A program made the position numbers and the translations under genes. Shown here in pieces: positions 1-8,981 of a stretch of 24,247 nucleotides of DNA. The stretch's first letter is position 1, and every line of letters begins with the position of its first letter. The DNA comes from Anaerolineae bacterium (lineage in GTDB: Bacteria; Chloroflexota; Anaerolineae; Fen-1058): positions 3,958 through 28,204 of the forward strand of contig PMCF01000162.1 of assembly GCA_003154115.1 (NCBI GenBank), in the 5' to 3' direction. The notes beneath the pieces are model-generated. The model was not told where the DNA came from. It made no database searches and saw nothing but the letters and a program-made list of their open reading frames with translations.

Positions 1-1
1 T

Positions 2-139
2 GGAAATTCCCTGCGCGATCGGCTGAACCACGACTATGCGCCCGATCGGCGTACCAACCGGGAAGAGGCCGCCGGTGCGCTGGCGGATGCCGAATCTTTT
101 ACGGTTGTGGCGCATCAACTGGTTGAATCACACGCATGA
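2..139 (+). CDS. 3' end of an upstream gene (partial; ...VVAHQLVESHA*), hypothetical
   Basis: Frame 2 is open from the window edge to TGA at 137-139, which overlaps the ATG at 136-138 (ATGA coupling) of the next gene. No recognisable domain in the 45 residues visible. Confidence 0.3.
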   Translation, partial: GNSLRDRLNHDYAPDRRTNREEAAGALADAESFTVVAHQLVESHA

Positions 140-1503
140 TCACCACGACGATTCTCAAAGCCGGCCCTGGCCAACTGGTTGAATATCTGCCCGATCTCGA
201 GGTCGAGGCGTTGGCGGAAACGCTGGTGGCCTTCGCCAACAGCGATGGCGGCACGATCGTCGTCGGCGTGGATGAACATGGCAAGCCCACGGGGCGAGTA
301 TATCCCGAAGATGTGGAAAGCGCCTTGCGACGAGCCGAAGCCCTGTGCCGCCCGCCGATTCATACCGGTTGGGAGCAGATCGATCTGGCGGGGGCCTCGG
401 TGGTGGCCGTGAGCGTGGCGCGCAGCACCGAACTGCATTCGGTGTCGGATGGGCGCGTGGTCATTCGCATGGGGGCCGAGAATCGCCCGCTAGCCGGGGA
501 GGCCATTCGCCAGCTGGCCGCCACGAAGAGCAGTGGCGAGTTCGAGGCGGAGAGTGTGGCCGGGGCGCGGCGATCTGATCTTGACGACGACGTGTTGGCG
601 GAGTATATTGCCAAGCGCGAAGAACGGCAGCGCAAGCGCATCACCTCGACACCCGATGCGCTGCTGCGCGAGATTGGTGCGCTAGATGCCGAAGGTAGTC
701 CGACCGTTTCCGGGCTGTTGCTGTTCGGCAAGAATCCGCAGCAATTCTTGCCGCAGACCAGTTTAGTGTTCGTCAAATTCATCGGCACGGAGCCACGCGG
801 TGAAGGCGGTTTGCCAGGGTATGGTCGGCGCGAAGAAATCACCGGCCCGCTGGCGCGGGTCATCGAGGGCGCGTGGGACGTCATCTGGGAAGAGATGCAC
901 GTGGGCGCGGTGGTGAAGGGGCTGGAGCGCGAAGAGCGGACGGAGTATCCGCCGTTTGCCGTGCGTGAGTGTCTGGTCAATGCGGTGTGTCATCGCGATT
1001 ATCGCCTGAAGGGACGTCGCGTCGAGATTCGGATGTTTGCCGATCGAATGGAAGTGATCAGCCCCGGCGGGCTGCCGGGTTTCATCACGGTCGATAATCT
1101 GGTGGAAGAACACTTTTCGCGCAATCCTCGGTTGGTTTCGGGACTGTTTCAATGGGGCTATATTGAAGAGCTAGGACTGGGCATCGATCGCATGATTGAA
1201 GAGATGACGCAAGCCGGGCATCGTCCTCCACAGTTCAAAGCGCTGCCGTATTCGTTCACCGTGACGTTGTCCAACATTAAAGAGCGGCGGGCCGCTCTGA
1301 CGTGGGAGAAGACGATGAACGAACGGCAGGCGCGCGCTCTGACGTATTTGCGCGAGCGGGGGCAGATCACCAATCGGGAGTACCAGCAGCTGTGCCCCGA
1401 TGTTTCAGCCGAAACGCTGCGGCTTGATCTGGCCGATCTGGTTGATCGCGGGATCGTGATGCGCATTGGTGCGAAAAAGGGAACCTACTATATTCTCAAG
1501 TAA
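136..1503 (+). CDS. Putative transcriptional regulator of the Schlafen/AlbA_2 (divergent AAA) + HATPase_c_4 (RecG-C-terminal-like) family with C-terminal wHTH
   Basis: 455-aa ORF. N-terminal motif LVAFANSDGGTIVVGVDEHGKP is typical of AlbA_2. YPPFAVRECLVNAVCHRDY...DRMEVISPGGLPG is typical of HATPase_c_4. The C-terminal segment is HTH-like (LTYLRERGQITNREYQQL). Confidence 0.75.
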   Translation: MITTTILKAGPGQLVEYLPDLEVEALAETLVAFANSDGGTIVVGVDEHGKPTGRVYPEDVESALRRAEALCRPPIHTGWEQIDLAGASVVAVSVARSTELHSVSDGRVVIRMGAENRPLAGEAIRQLAATKSSGEFEAESVAGARRSDLDDDVLAEYIAKREERQRKRITSTPDALLREIGALDAEGSPTVSGLLLFGKNPQQFLPQTSLVFVKFIGTEPRGEGGLPGYGRREEITGPLARVIEGAWDVIWEEMHVGAVVKGLEREERTEYPPFAVRECLVNAVCHRDYRLKGRRVEIRMFADRMEVISPGGLPGFITVDNLVEEHFSRNPRLVSGLFQWGYIEELGLGIDRMIEEMTQAGHRPPQFKALPYSFTVTLSNIKERRAALTWEKTMNERQARALTYLRERGQITNREYQQLCPDVSAETLRLDLADLVDRGIVMRIGAKKGTYYILK

Positions 1504-1512
1504 GGTGCACGC

Positions 1513-3813
1513 GTGACGTCAATCCTTTTCGGGCTACAAGCTCCGGTCGTCGTGGCATTGGGAACGGCGGTGGGTTACTTCATGTTGATCATGCTCGTGA
1601 TCCAGCGACGTGGCTGGACTGAGTGGCCGACTCGCACGTTGTTGTTATACTTGACCCTCTCCGTGCTGCTTAGCATTGGCCTTAGCTTGACGTTGTGGTT
1701 GGGTCTGCGCCAGGACGTGATGCATATCGGAGTGCGTCTGGCCGCTGATTTGCTGACTGCCTCGGCTCCGCTGGTAGTTGTCCTCACGTTGATGTTTCTC
1801 GAACGGCCTGGTGCTAAGTGGGTGGCGCTGATCGGCTTGTTCTGGCTGATCTTCGTGCTGACCGTCGATATGAATTTGTTCGGCTTGCAGCAGGTCACTC
1901 TGGGCACGGCCGCCATGCAGACGGAAGATCCCCTTCGTCCACTGCGCGTCGCGGGTTGGGCCGGCTTCAGTGCCGGGACGTTGATGCTGGTGCTGGTCGA
2001 TTTCATTCAAATGCGCCGGCCGTTGCACCGTAACCGCATCTTGTTCTGGATGTTGGGTCTGGTATTCCTGTTGGTGGGCGAGCTGCTCATGGGGTTTGAC
2101 AAGCGCGCCTTTCTGATCGATGTCAACCAAATTGGCGCGGTGCTGCGCTTCGTCGCCGTGATCGTCTTAACCGTGGCGATGGTCAGCTATCATTTACCGG
2201 TGCTGCGGACAGTCACACGCCAGCTGCTTGCTGGCATTTTGACCACGCTGTTTGTCGGCGGCTTGATCTTCGGCGGCATGCTGGCGGTGCTCTCGGTCGC
2301 TCAGCAAGAGATTACGCTGGGCGTGATTGTCGCAGCGATCACGGCGGCGGTTTTATTGGCGGCTGTCATTCATCCGCTGCGCTTAGTGATTTTACGCCTG
2401 GTCGATCGGTTTGTCTATTCCGGCCGCTATAATCCGGCGCGGGCGCTGCGCGACTACGGTGACGCGATTAATAACATCGTCGATTTGAGCACGCTGTCGA
2501 CGGTGGCCGTGGGCATCATCGCTGAAGCGCTGGACGTGCGGCGTGGTTCGCTCATGCTGATCAGCCGACGCGAAAATGAAGCGGTGGCCGATGTGGCGAT
2601 CATGGAAGGCATGGGCGACCTGCCGATTCAGATGGCCGAATTTACCGACGAGAGCCCCATTCTGCACGTCTTGCAGCAGGGGGCGAAGCCATTGACTCAA
2701 TACGAGGTCGATATTTTCCCTGAATATCGTTCTTCGCCCATTGCGGAACGGCTATGGCTGCATTCACTGGATATGGAAGTATACGTGCCCATCCGCGACA
2801 AAGAGAACCTGGTCGGTATCTTTGCTTTCGGACGAAAAGAGTCGGGCGAACCCTATTCGGCGCAGGATTTGGATGTGCTGATGACGGTGGCGAATCAGAC
2901 CACGGTCGTGCTGCAGAACGCGCGCCTGGTCAGTGACCTCCGCACGGCAAATCGTTCGATCATGCAGCTCAACGAGGAGCTGACCGAATCGAACCGCCGT
3001 TTGGAGAAACTCGACAAGGCTAAGACCGATTTCATTGAGATTGCCTCGCATGAATTACGCACGCCGTTAACGCAGGTGCGCGGTTATTCCGATATCCTGG
3101 CGGACATGGTGCAGCAGGGCGGTTTTGTGGCCGCGCACATGAATCAGATCAGCCAAGGCATCACACGCGCGAGCGTGCGGTTGGAGCAGATCATCGCAGC
3201 GATGTTAGACGTCTCGCGCATCGATGCGCAGGCGCTGGATATTCGCACGGCGGCGATTACGGTGGCGGCTGTGGTGAAAATGGCTACGGATAACTATCGG
3301 GAAGCGATCCGCGAACGCAAGATGAGCGTGCAGATCACTGACCTGGAAGGGTTACCGTCTGTGCAGGGTGATTTGCAGCGTCTGTGTCAGGCCTTCAGTA
3401 ATCTGATCGGCAATGCGATCAAATTCACACCCGATGGCGGAGCCATTACGATTAGCGGGCGCACGTTGGAAGACAACAACGAAGACAATCCGCAGACGTT
3501 TGTCGAAGTGCTGTTTGCCGACACGGGCATCGGGATCGATGTCTCTGATCAAAAACTGATCTTTGAGAAATTCTATCGGGTAGGGACGGTTGAACTGCAC
3601 TCGACGGGATCGACGAAGTTCAAGGGGGCGGGGCCAGGCTTGGGCTTACCCATCGCCAAGGGCGTGATTCAAGCGCATGGCGGCAAGATCTGGGCGGAAA
3701 GCCCGGGCCATGACGAAGCCCGGATGCCGGGCAGTATTTTCCATGTGTTACTGCCGGTGGCGTTGCCACCTACTCCGGCAAGCAGCATGAGCCGGTTGCG
3801 CAGCGATAATTGA
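1513..3813 (+). CDS. Membrane sensor histidine kinase (about 8 TM helices, GAF-like domain, HisKA, HATPase_c)
   Basis: GTG start 9 nt after the previous stop, with AAGGTG RBS. The N-terminal 330 aa is highly hydrophobic. H-box is FIEIASHELRTPL. N-box is NLIGNAIKFTPDGG. G1/G2 are DTGIGID / GAGPGLGLPIAKG. No response regulator is adjacent. Confidence 0.85.
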   Translation: MTSILFGLQAPVVVALGTAVGYFMLIMLVIQRRGWTEWPTRTLLLYLTLSVLLSIGLSLTLWLGLRQDVMHIGVRLAADLLTASAPLVVVLTLMFLERPGAKWVALIGLFWLIFVLTVDMNLFGLQQVTLGTAAMQTEDPLRPLRVAGWAGFSAGTLMLVLVDFIQMRRPLHRNRILFWMLGLVFLLVGELLMGFDKRAFLIDVNQIGAVLRFVAVIVLTVAMVSYHLPVLRTVTRQLLAGILTTLFVGGLIFGGMLAVLSVAQQEITLGVIVAAITAAVLLAAVIHPLRLVILRLVDRFVYSGRYNPARALRDYGDAINNIVDLSTLSTVAVGIIAEALDVRRGSLMLISRRENEAVADVAIMEGMGDLPIQMAEFTDESPILHVLQQGAKPLTQYEVDIFPEYRSSPIAERLWLHSLDMEVYVPIRDKENLVGIFAFGRKESGEPYSAQDLDVLMTVANQTTVVLQNARLVSDLRTANRSIMQLNEELTESNRRLEKLDKAKTDFIEIASHELRTPLTQVRGYSDILADMVQQGGFVAAHMNQISQGITRASVRLEQIIAAMLDVSRIDAQALDIRTAAITVAAVVKMATDNYREAIRERKMSVQITDLEGLPSVQGDLQRLCQAFSNLIGNAIKFTPDGGAITISGRTLEDNNEDNPQTFVEVLFADTGIGIDVSDQKLIFEKFYRVGTVELHSTGSTKFKGAGPGLGLPIAKGVIQAHGGKIWAESPGHDEARMPGSIFHVLLPVALPPTPASSMSRLRSDN

Positions 3814-3821
3814 GGCGACAC

Positions 3822-3857
3822 AAAACTTCCCGCACAGATTGACTGGCGGGAAGTTTT
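3822..3857. terminator. Bidirectional intrinsic terminator between the convergent HK and ROK genes
   Basis: Perfect 12-bp inverted repeat AAAACTTCCCGC / GCGGGAAGTTTT with a 12-nt loop. The A-run on one side and U-run on the other are part of the arms. It lies in the 55-bp gap between convergent stops. Confidence 0.6.
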
Positions 3858-3868
3858 CTGCTGTGCTG

Positions 3869-4831
3869 TTAAAGGCTGCGCTGCGGCGGGGGATCGAGGG
3901 CCAGGGCTAACGCGCCTAACAAGCCGACATCGCCGCTGAGCTGCGCGGGAACGATGGGGCAGGCGTAGCGCGGGCTCATGGGATAGCGTTCGACGGCGTC
4001 GCGTATCGGCTTGAAGAGTCGCTCGCCCAGATTGCTGACACCGCCGCCGATCACGACAATCGTCGGATTGAAGATGTGCAAGTAGGTCACGATGGCTAGA
4101 CCAAAGGCGCGGAACGATCGATCGAAAACGTCATTGGCCAAGACATCGCCTTGATCTGCTGCCTGCGCGAGGACTTCGACGTTGATGGCATCGAAGTCGC
4201 CCGCCACGAGATCGGTAATTTGACTCTGCTCGCCCGCCGTCAAACGTTCGACCACTTGCCGCACTAAGCCCGTGCCAGAGGCGATCGATTCAATGCAGCC
4301 GATGTTGCCGCATTGACAGACGACGCCGTTGCAATCCACTGTGATGTGGCCCAGTTCGGCGGCTAAGCCCTCGCTGCCGAGCAGTAAGTGCCGGTTGACG
4401 ACGACCCCGCCGCCGATGCCGGTGCTGATGGTGAGAAACACCACATCATCGTGTCCGCGCGCTGCGCCATAGCGCCATTCGGCCAGGCCGGCCAGGTTGG
4501 CATCATTGCCGATGACCACAGGCACTTTGAAGATGGCTTGCAGCCGATCACGCAGGGGCACGTTGACGAAGCCGGGAATGTTCGGCGCGACAAAGACCAG
4601 GCCGGTGTAGGGATCGAGCGGGCCGGGCGCGACGACGCCAATGCTAAGGACCGTGCTTTGCGTGGGCCAAACTTCGCGCAGAGATTCGGCAATGCGCTCG
4701 ATCACGGCGTCTGGGCCGTCTTCGCCGCGCGTAAATTGTTCCGTGCGGGCCTCAATGGTGCCATCGGGTTGGCAACGTGCTGCGCGAATGCGTGTTCCAC
4801 CCAGATCGACCGTTAAATAAACTTTGTTCAT
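3869..4831 (-). CDS. ROK-family sugar kinase (glucokinase-like, no N-terminal HTH)
   Basis: Begins MNKVYLTVDLGGTRIRAA (ATP-binding DxGGT). ROK zinc motif CQCGNIGCIESIASG. Start taken at the internal ATG (4831) preceded by GAGAGGA. The ORF-track start at 4894 lacks an RBS. Confidence 0.8.
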   Translation of the reverse strand: MNKVYLTVDLGGTRIRAARCQPDGTIEARTEQFTRGEDGPDAVIERIAESLREVWPTQSTVLSIGVVAPGPLDPYTGLVFVAPNIPGFVNVPLRDRLQAIFKVPVVIGNDANLAGLAEWRYGAARGHDDVVFLTISTGIGGGVVVNRHLLLGSEGLAAELGHITVDCNGVVCQCGNIGCIESIASGTGLVRQVVERLTAGEQSQITDLVAGDFDAINVEVLAQAADQGDVLANDVFDRSFRAFGLAIVTYLHIFNPTIVVIGGGVSNLGERLFKPIRDAVERYPMSPRYACPIVPAQLSGDVGLLGALALALDPPPQRSL

Positions 4832-4879
4832 GATAAATCCTCTCGTGAAGTCAGCCCCAGTATACTCGAAATGCGACTT

Positions 4880-5008
4880 TGGACAAGTCAGCAATTCTCA
4901 ATATGAAAACAATTGACGTCGGTAGTTGCGACTTCAGTCGCCTTGTGGCCGCAGACCACGACTGAAGTCGTTACTACGAATCCAAATTGAGAACTGCTGT
5001 GGACAAGT
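4880..5008. mobile_element. MITE-like element: 9-bp direct repeats (TGGACAAGT) flanking 14-bp terminal inverted repeats around a 19-bp-stem hairpin
   Basis: TGGACAAGT at 4880-4888 and 5000-5008. CAGCAATTCTCAAT at 4889-4902 versus ATTGAGAACTGCTG at 4986-4999 (13/14 complementary). Internal hairpin 4922-4977. Non-coding. Confidence 0.4.
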
Positions 5009-5054
5009 GGGGCGACTGGTCAAGCCGTCACTCATCGTGTATGATCAAACGTAA

Positions 5055-5160
5055 CTACTCAGGCGTCATTGCGAGGAGCGCTTCTCAGCGGCGAAGCAAT
5101 CTCTACGTCGATCGGGAGATTGCTTCGCAAAAAGCGCTCGCAATGACGGTGGCTGAGTAG
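5055..5160. repeat. Long (106 nt) near-perfect extended hairpin / palindromic element immediately upstream of the 5200 gene
   Basis: Nested complementary blocks: CTACTCAG/CTGAGTAG, CGTCATTGCGAG/CTCGCAATGACG, GAGCGCT/AGCGCTC, GCGAAGCAATCTC/GAGATTGCTTCGC. Apical loop TACGTCGATCGG. About 40 bp paired. Confidence 0.4.
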
Positions 5161-5199
5161 ATACGATCAAGCGACGTTTATGATGTGTGAAGAGTAAGC

Positions 5200-5640
5200 A
5201 TGAGCGAATTGCCGACAGTCAGCGAGAAGACCTTTCGATATCCGGCGCTCTATCGGGTGGTGGCGTTATTTGGCGCGTTGTTGTTTGGATTCATCTTGTT
5301 GGGGTCGGTGATCGCCGAGGTTGAAGCGATCAAGAACAGCCGGATCGATGCCGTGCTGCACGTGATCGGATTCATCTCCGGTATGCTGTTGTTGGTGATG
5401 GGAATTGATTTTGCCACCCGCTCGATTACAGTGACGCCCGACGGCTTGCGAGTGCGGTGGTTGCTGCGCCGATCGGTGATACCGTGGTCCGACGTGCTCA
5501 GCTGGAACTACTTGCCCTTGAGCCTCATCCATCTGCGCTTCCGGCACGGGCGTGGCGTGTATGTGTGGCCGCTATTGGAAGATTATCTGGATCTGCTCAG
5601 CGCGATCGACGCGCGAAGGTTTGACCAGTTCACTAAGTGA
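5200..5640 (+). CDS. Small membrane protein, two TM helices followed by a bacterial PH-like (DUF304/YdbS-like) domain
   Basis: 146-aa ORF. Hydrophobic helices at about 20-40 and 52-72, then ITVTPDGLRVRWLLRRSVIPWSDV... The stop is followed closely by the next gene. Confidence 0.5.
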   Translation: MSELPTVSEKTFRYPALYRVVALFGALLFGFILLGSVIAEVEAIKNSRIDAVLHVIGFISGMLLLVMGIDFATRSITVTPDGLRVRWLLRRSVIPWSDVLSWNYLPLSLIHLRFRHGRGVYVWPLLEDYLDLLSAIDARRFDQFTK

Positions 5641-5650
5641 GAGGTGGTTT

Positions 5651-5959
5651 ATGCCTAAATCGAACTCGGTGACCAAAGATGATGACCGGCAGATGTTGCT
5701 GGTGAAGTGGAAGGATGGCACGACGAGCGAGATTGCGTGGAAGACCCTGCGCGACAATTGCCCGTGCGCCGAATGTGCCGAGCTGCACGGCCCGGCCGAT
5801 CCGCTGCGTTTGAAGCTTGCGCCCAACACCAGCCTGATCGAGATCAACTACGTGGGCAACTATGCCGTGCAGCCACGCTGGGCTGACGGGCACTCGGCGG
5901 GCCTGTTCACCTGGAATTATCTGCGCGACCTGGCCGGGATCATGCCCGCGCCGCAATGA
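5651..5959 (+). CDS. DUF971 family protein (gamma-butyrobetaine hydroxylase-like N-terminal fold)
   Basis: MPKSN... LLVKWKDGTTSEIAWKTLRDNCPCAECA ... YAVQPRWADGHSAGLFTWNYLRDL matches the DUF971 signature. ATG at 5651 is preceded by GAGGTGG. The ORF-track start at 5552 lies inside the previous gene. Confidence 0.7.
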   Translation: MPKSNSVTKDDDRQMLLVKWKDGTTSEIAWKTLRDNCPCAECAELHGPADPLRLKLAPNTSLIEINYVGNYAVQPRWADGHSAGLFTWNYLRDLAGIMPAPQ

Positions 5960-6011
5960 TGCTTGACGCTTTTGTTTGATTCTAACTCCGGCTTGCTGTA
6001 CGGTGAACTTC

Positions 6012-8582
6012 ATGCTCAACGACGACCTCACTCCCATTCGACGGCAGTATCTGCAAATCAAAAGCCAGTATCCCGATACGATTTTGTTTTTCCGCCTCGG
6101 CGACTTCTATGAGACTTTCGATGCTGACGCAGAGCTCATCGCGCATGAACTCGACATCGTGCTCACGTCGCGACCGGTGGGCAAAGGGCAGCGTGTGCCG
6201 CTGGCGGGTGTGCCCTATCATGCCGCCGATAACTACATCGCCCGTTTGATCGAGAAGGGTTATCGGGTGGCCGTGGCCGAACAGCTGGCCGATCCTGCGA
6301 CGGTGAAAGGCATCGTGCCGCGCGATGTGACGCGCGTGATCACGCCGGGCACGGTGATCGAGCCGGAGTTGTTGGACGAGAAGCGCCCGAATTATCTGGC
6401 CGCGTGGCTCAGTGACGGACAACACGTGGGCTTTGCGTACGCCGATGTGACCACGGGCGAATTCGCCGCGACGCAGATCGAATCGATTGCCGCGGGCGAG
6501 CAGGAATTGCTGCGCGTGATGCCGCGCGAATGCTTGCTGCCAGTCGCCGATGAAAAAAGCCGCGAAGCTGTCGTGCGGCCTGCGACGGGCAATGCGCTCA
6601 TTCACTTCACGCCGTTTACGGCCTGGCGCTTTGAAGCATCGCAGGCGCGGCAAGTGGTGTCGGATCATTTTCAGGTGACGACCCTGGCGGGCTTCGGCCT
6701 GGATCGCAAGCCGTTGGCCGTGCGCGCCGCCGGAGCGATTGTGCAGTATCTGCAAGAAACGCAGGCGGGCGTGCTGGCGCAATTCACCAGCCTGCGATCG
6801 TATTCCACCAGCGAATTCATGACGCTCGATCCGGCGACGCGGCGCAACCTCGAGCTCACCGACACCCTGCGCGGAAAAGACGCAAAACTTTCTTTGCTGG
6901 GCGTGCTCGATCATACGCGCACGGCGATGGGCAGCCGCCTGCTGCGGGCATGGTTGTCTCAGCCACTGTTGGATCAAGCCGCCTTAGAGCAGCGGCTCGA
7001 TCGGGTGCAGCTCTTCTGCGACGATGCGTTGTTGCGCGCAAAGGCGCGTGAGCTCCTTAAGCAAGTTCCCGATCTGGAGCGGGCCGTGGGCCGCATCATC
7101 AGCGGGCACGCCGCGCCGCGCGACCTGGTGGCGATTCGTGCGACGTTGCAGATCGTGCCTGATCTGGCGAAAGTACTGGAACTCTCACAAGGTTGGTCGC
7201 TTGATCCCGCGCCCGATGTGCTCGATCTGCTCCATCGCGCGATCGTGGAAGAGCCGTCTAATGCGCCACCGGGTGTGATTCAATCGGGTTTCAGCGCCGA
7301 GCTCGATGGGGTGCTGCAGGCTTCACGCAATGCCAAGGAATGGGTCGCCAATCTGGAGCGTACCGAAAAAGAACGCACCGGCATCAAGTCGTTGAAGGTG
7401 GGCTACAACAAAGTCTTCGGCTATTACATCGAAGTGACGCACGCCAACACGCAAGCGGTGCCTGATAACTACATTCGCAAGCAGACGCTCACCAACGCCG
7501 AGCGCTACATCACACCGGAACTGAAAGAGTACGAGACGTTGATCCTCAATGCCGACGATCGGTTAGTGGAAGTGGAGCAGCGTTTGATCAAAGAAATCTG
7601 CGCGCAGGTCACGGCCCGATCGGTGGTGCTGCTCTCAACGGCTCGCTCGATCGCGCAGATCGATGTGGCCTCCGCGCTGGCCGAAGCCGCGGCGTTGAAT
7701 CGCTATGTGCGACCTGAACTGACCGACGAGATTGCGCTGCACATCGTCAGTGGGCGGCATCCGGTGGTGGAGCAGGCGTTGAGCGAGACGCGCTTTGTCC
7801 CGAACGATGTGACCTTTGACGACGAGGCGCGCGTCCTCATCATCACCGGGCCGAATATGGCGGGCAAATCGACCTTCCTGCGGCAGGTGGCGCTGATCGT
7901 GTTGATGGCCCAGCTCGGATCGTTCGTGCCGGCCGATCGGGCGCAGATTGGCCTGGTCGATCGCATCTTCACACGCATCGGCGCGCAGGATGACATCGCG
8001 ACCGGGCAATCGACCTTCATGGTGGAGATGGTGGAAACGGCGAACATTCTGCATCATGCCACGGCGCGCAGTCTGATCGTGTTGGATGAGATCGGGCGCG
8101 GGACCAGCACCTACGATGGGCTGTCGATTGCGTGGTCGGTCGTCGAATACATCCACAATCATCCACGCTTGCGCGCCAAGACGCTGTTTGCCACGCACTA
8201 CCACGAATTGATTCAACTCGCCGATCATTTGCCGCACGTGCGCAATTACAATGTCGCCGTCGCGGAGGAGGGCGATAAGGTGGTGTTCCTGCACCACATT
8301 GTGCCGGGCGGCGCGGATCGATCGTATGGTATTCATGTTGCGCAGTTGGCGGGCTTGCCTAAGCCGGTTATTCGCCGGGCCGAAGAGTTGCTGGAAGAAT
8401 TGGAAGAGGGCCAACGCGATCATGCCACGGGCAACGCACCGCGTGAAGCAGCGACGCTGCAATTGAGCCTGTTCGGCGCGAAGAATCCTGTGCTAGAGGA
8501 ATTAGAGAAGTTGGATGTGAATGCGCTCTCACCGTTGGAGGCGTTGAACAAGTTGTTTGAGTGGAAGAAGAAGGCCGGATAG
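6012..8582 (+). CDS. mutS: DNA mismatch repair protein MutS
   Basis: N-terminus LTPIRRQYLQIKSQYPDTILFFRLGDFYETF (mismatch-binding domain). Walker A GPNMAGKST. Typical MutS ATPase (STFMVEMVE, DEIGRGTSTYDG) and C-terminal HTH. Start placed at the ATG matching the E. coli MutS N-terminus. Confidence 0.9.
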   Translation: MLNDDLTPIRRQYLQIKSQYPDTILFFRLGDFYETFDADAELIAHELDIVLTSRPVGKGQRVPLAGVPYHAADNYIARLIEKGYRVAVAEQLADPATVKGIVPRDVTRVITPGTVIEPELLDEKRPNYLAAWLSDGQHVGFAYADVTTGEFAATQIESIAAGEQELLRVMPRECLLPVADEKSREAVVRPATGNALIHFTPFTAWRFEASQARQVVSDHFQVTTLAGFGLDRKPLAVRAAGAIVQYLQETQAGVLAQFTSLRSYSTSEFMTLDPATRRNLELTDTLRGKDAKLSLLGVLDHTRTAMGSRLLRAWLSQPLLDQAALEQRLDRVQLFCDDALLRAKARELLKQVPDLERAVGRIISGHAAPRDLVAIRATLQIVPDLAKVLELSQGWSLDPAPDVLDLLHRAIVEEPSNAPPGVIQSGFSAELDGVLQASRNAKEWVANLERTEKERTGIKSLKVGYNKVFGYYIEVTHANTQAVPDNYIRKQTLTNAERYITPELKEYETLILNADDRLVEVEQRLIKEICAQVTARSVVLLSTARSIAQIDVASALAEAAALNRYVRPELTDEIALHIVSGRHPVVEQALSETRFVPNDVTFDDEARVLIITGPNMAGKSTFLRQVALIVLMAQLGSFVPADRAQIGLVDRIFTRIGAQDDIATGQSTFMVEMVETANILHHATARSLIVLDEIGRGTSTYDGLSIAWSVVEYIHNHPRLRAKTLFATHYHELIQLADHLPHVRNYNVAVAEEGDKVVFLHHIVPGGADRSYGIHVAQLAGLPKPVIRRAEELLEELEEGQRDHATGNAPREAATLQLSLFGAKNPVLEELEKLDVNALSPLEALNKLFEWKKKAG

Positions 8583-8610
8583 CGTGATAGAGAGAACGAG
8601 AGATGGAGAG

Positions 8611-8653
8611 AACTCGGTCGGCTATTTTTTGCCAGCCGAGTTTTTCTTCTTCT
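8611..8653. terminator. Probable bidirectional terminator after mutS, overlapping the last codons of the convergent tfoX-like gene
   Basis: AACTCGGTCGGC / GCCAGCCGAGTT arms (10/12 paired) with loop TATTTTTT, followed by TTTCTTCTTCTT. Confidence 0.45.
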
Positions 8654-8963
8654 TAACGGGCAAGGGCAATTCTTTCGCGGTGACTTTGATCAACTCGGTC
8701 AGCGCTTCGCGGTCTTCCAGTAGATCGGCGGAAATCAGGAAGCACGGTTTCGCGCCGGGATAAGGGCTGGCTTCCGTAATCGTTTTCAACAGACTTCTGC
8801 CGCCTATGGTCGGCTTGACGAAGAGTTGATCGTCACACACCAGGGCGACCATTTTTCCGTCGCAGTACAGGCCGTATTCGCCAAACATCTTTCGTGCAGA
8901 GACATTGCCTGCTTCTGAAATTTGATCGAGAATGAAATCGACCGTGCTTTGTTGAGAGGACAT
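8622..8963 (-). CDS. tfoX: TfoX/Sxy N-terminal-domain protein (competence-regulator family, N-domain only)
   Basis: MSSQQSTVDFILDQI...ARKMFGEYGLYCDGKMVALVCDDQLFVK is a typical TfoX_N signature. No TfoX_C domain; lysine-rich tail. Start at the ATG preceded by GGAG (8963) rather than the upstream ATG at 8981. Confidence 0.7.
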   Translation of the reverse strand: MSSQQSTVDFILDQISEAGNVSARKMFGEYGLYCDGKMVALVCDDQLFVKPTIGGRSLLKTITEASPYPGAKPCFLISADLLEDREALTELIKVTAKELPLPVKKKKNSAGKK

Positions 8964-8981
8964 GAAAACTCCTTGAATCAT

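Noticed and set aside
360-980. 206-aa and 129-aa minus-strand ORFs (360..980, 763..1152) inside the AlbA_2 regulator gene
   Set aside because: Ser/Arg/Thr-rich antisense artifacts. The plus-strand gene has conserved motifs and ATGA coupling.
5552-5959. Longer ORF-track start for the DUF971 gene at 5552
   Set aside because: The first 33 codons overlap the 3' end of the preceding gene in another frame. The ATG at 5651 has a GAGGTGG RBS and matches the DUF971 N-terminus.
5982-6977. 331-aa minus-strand ORF inside mutS (also 7635..8462 minus, 275 aa)
   Set aside because: Antisense to a confidently identified MutS coding region. Arg/His-rich low-complexity translation typical of out-of-frame high-GC DNA. 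No RBS.
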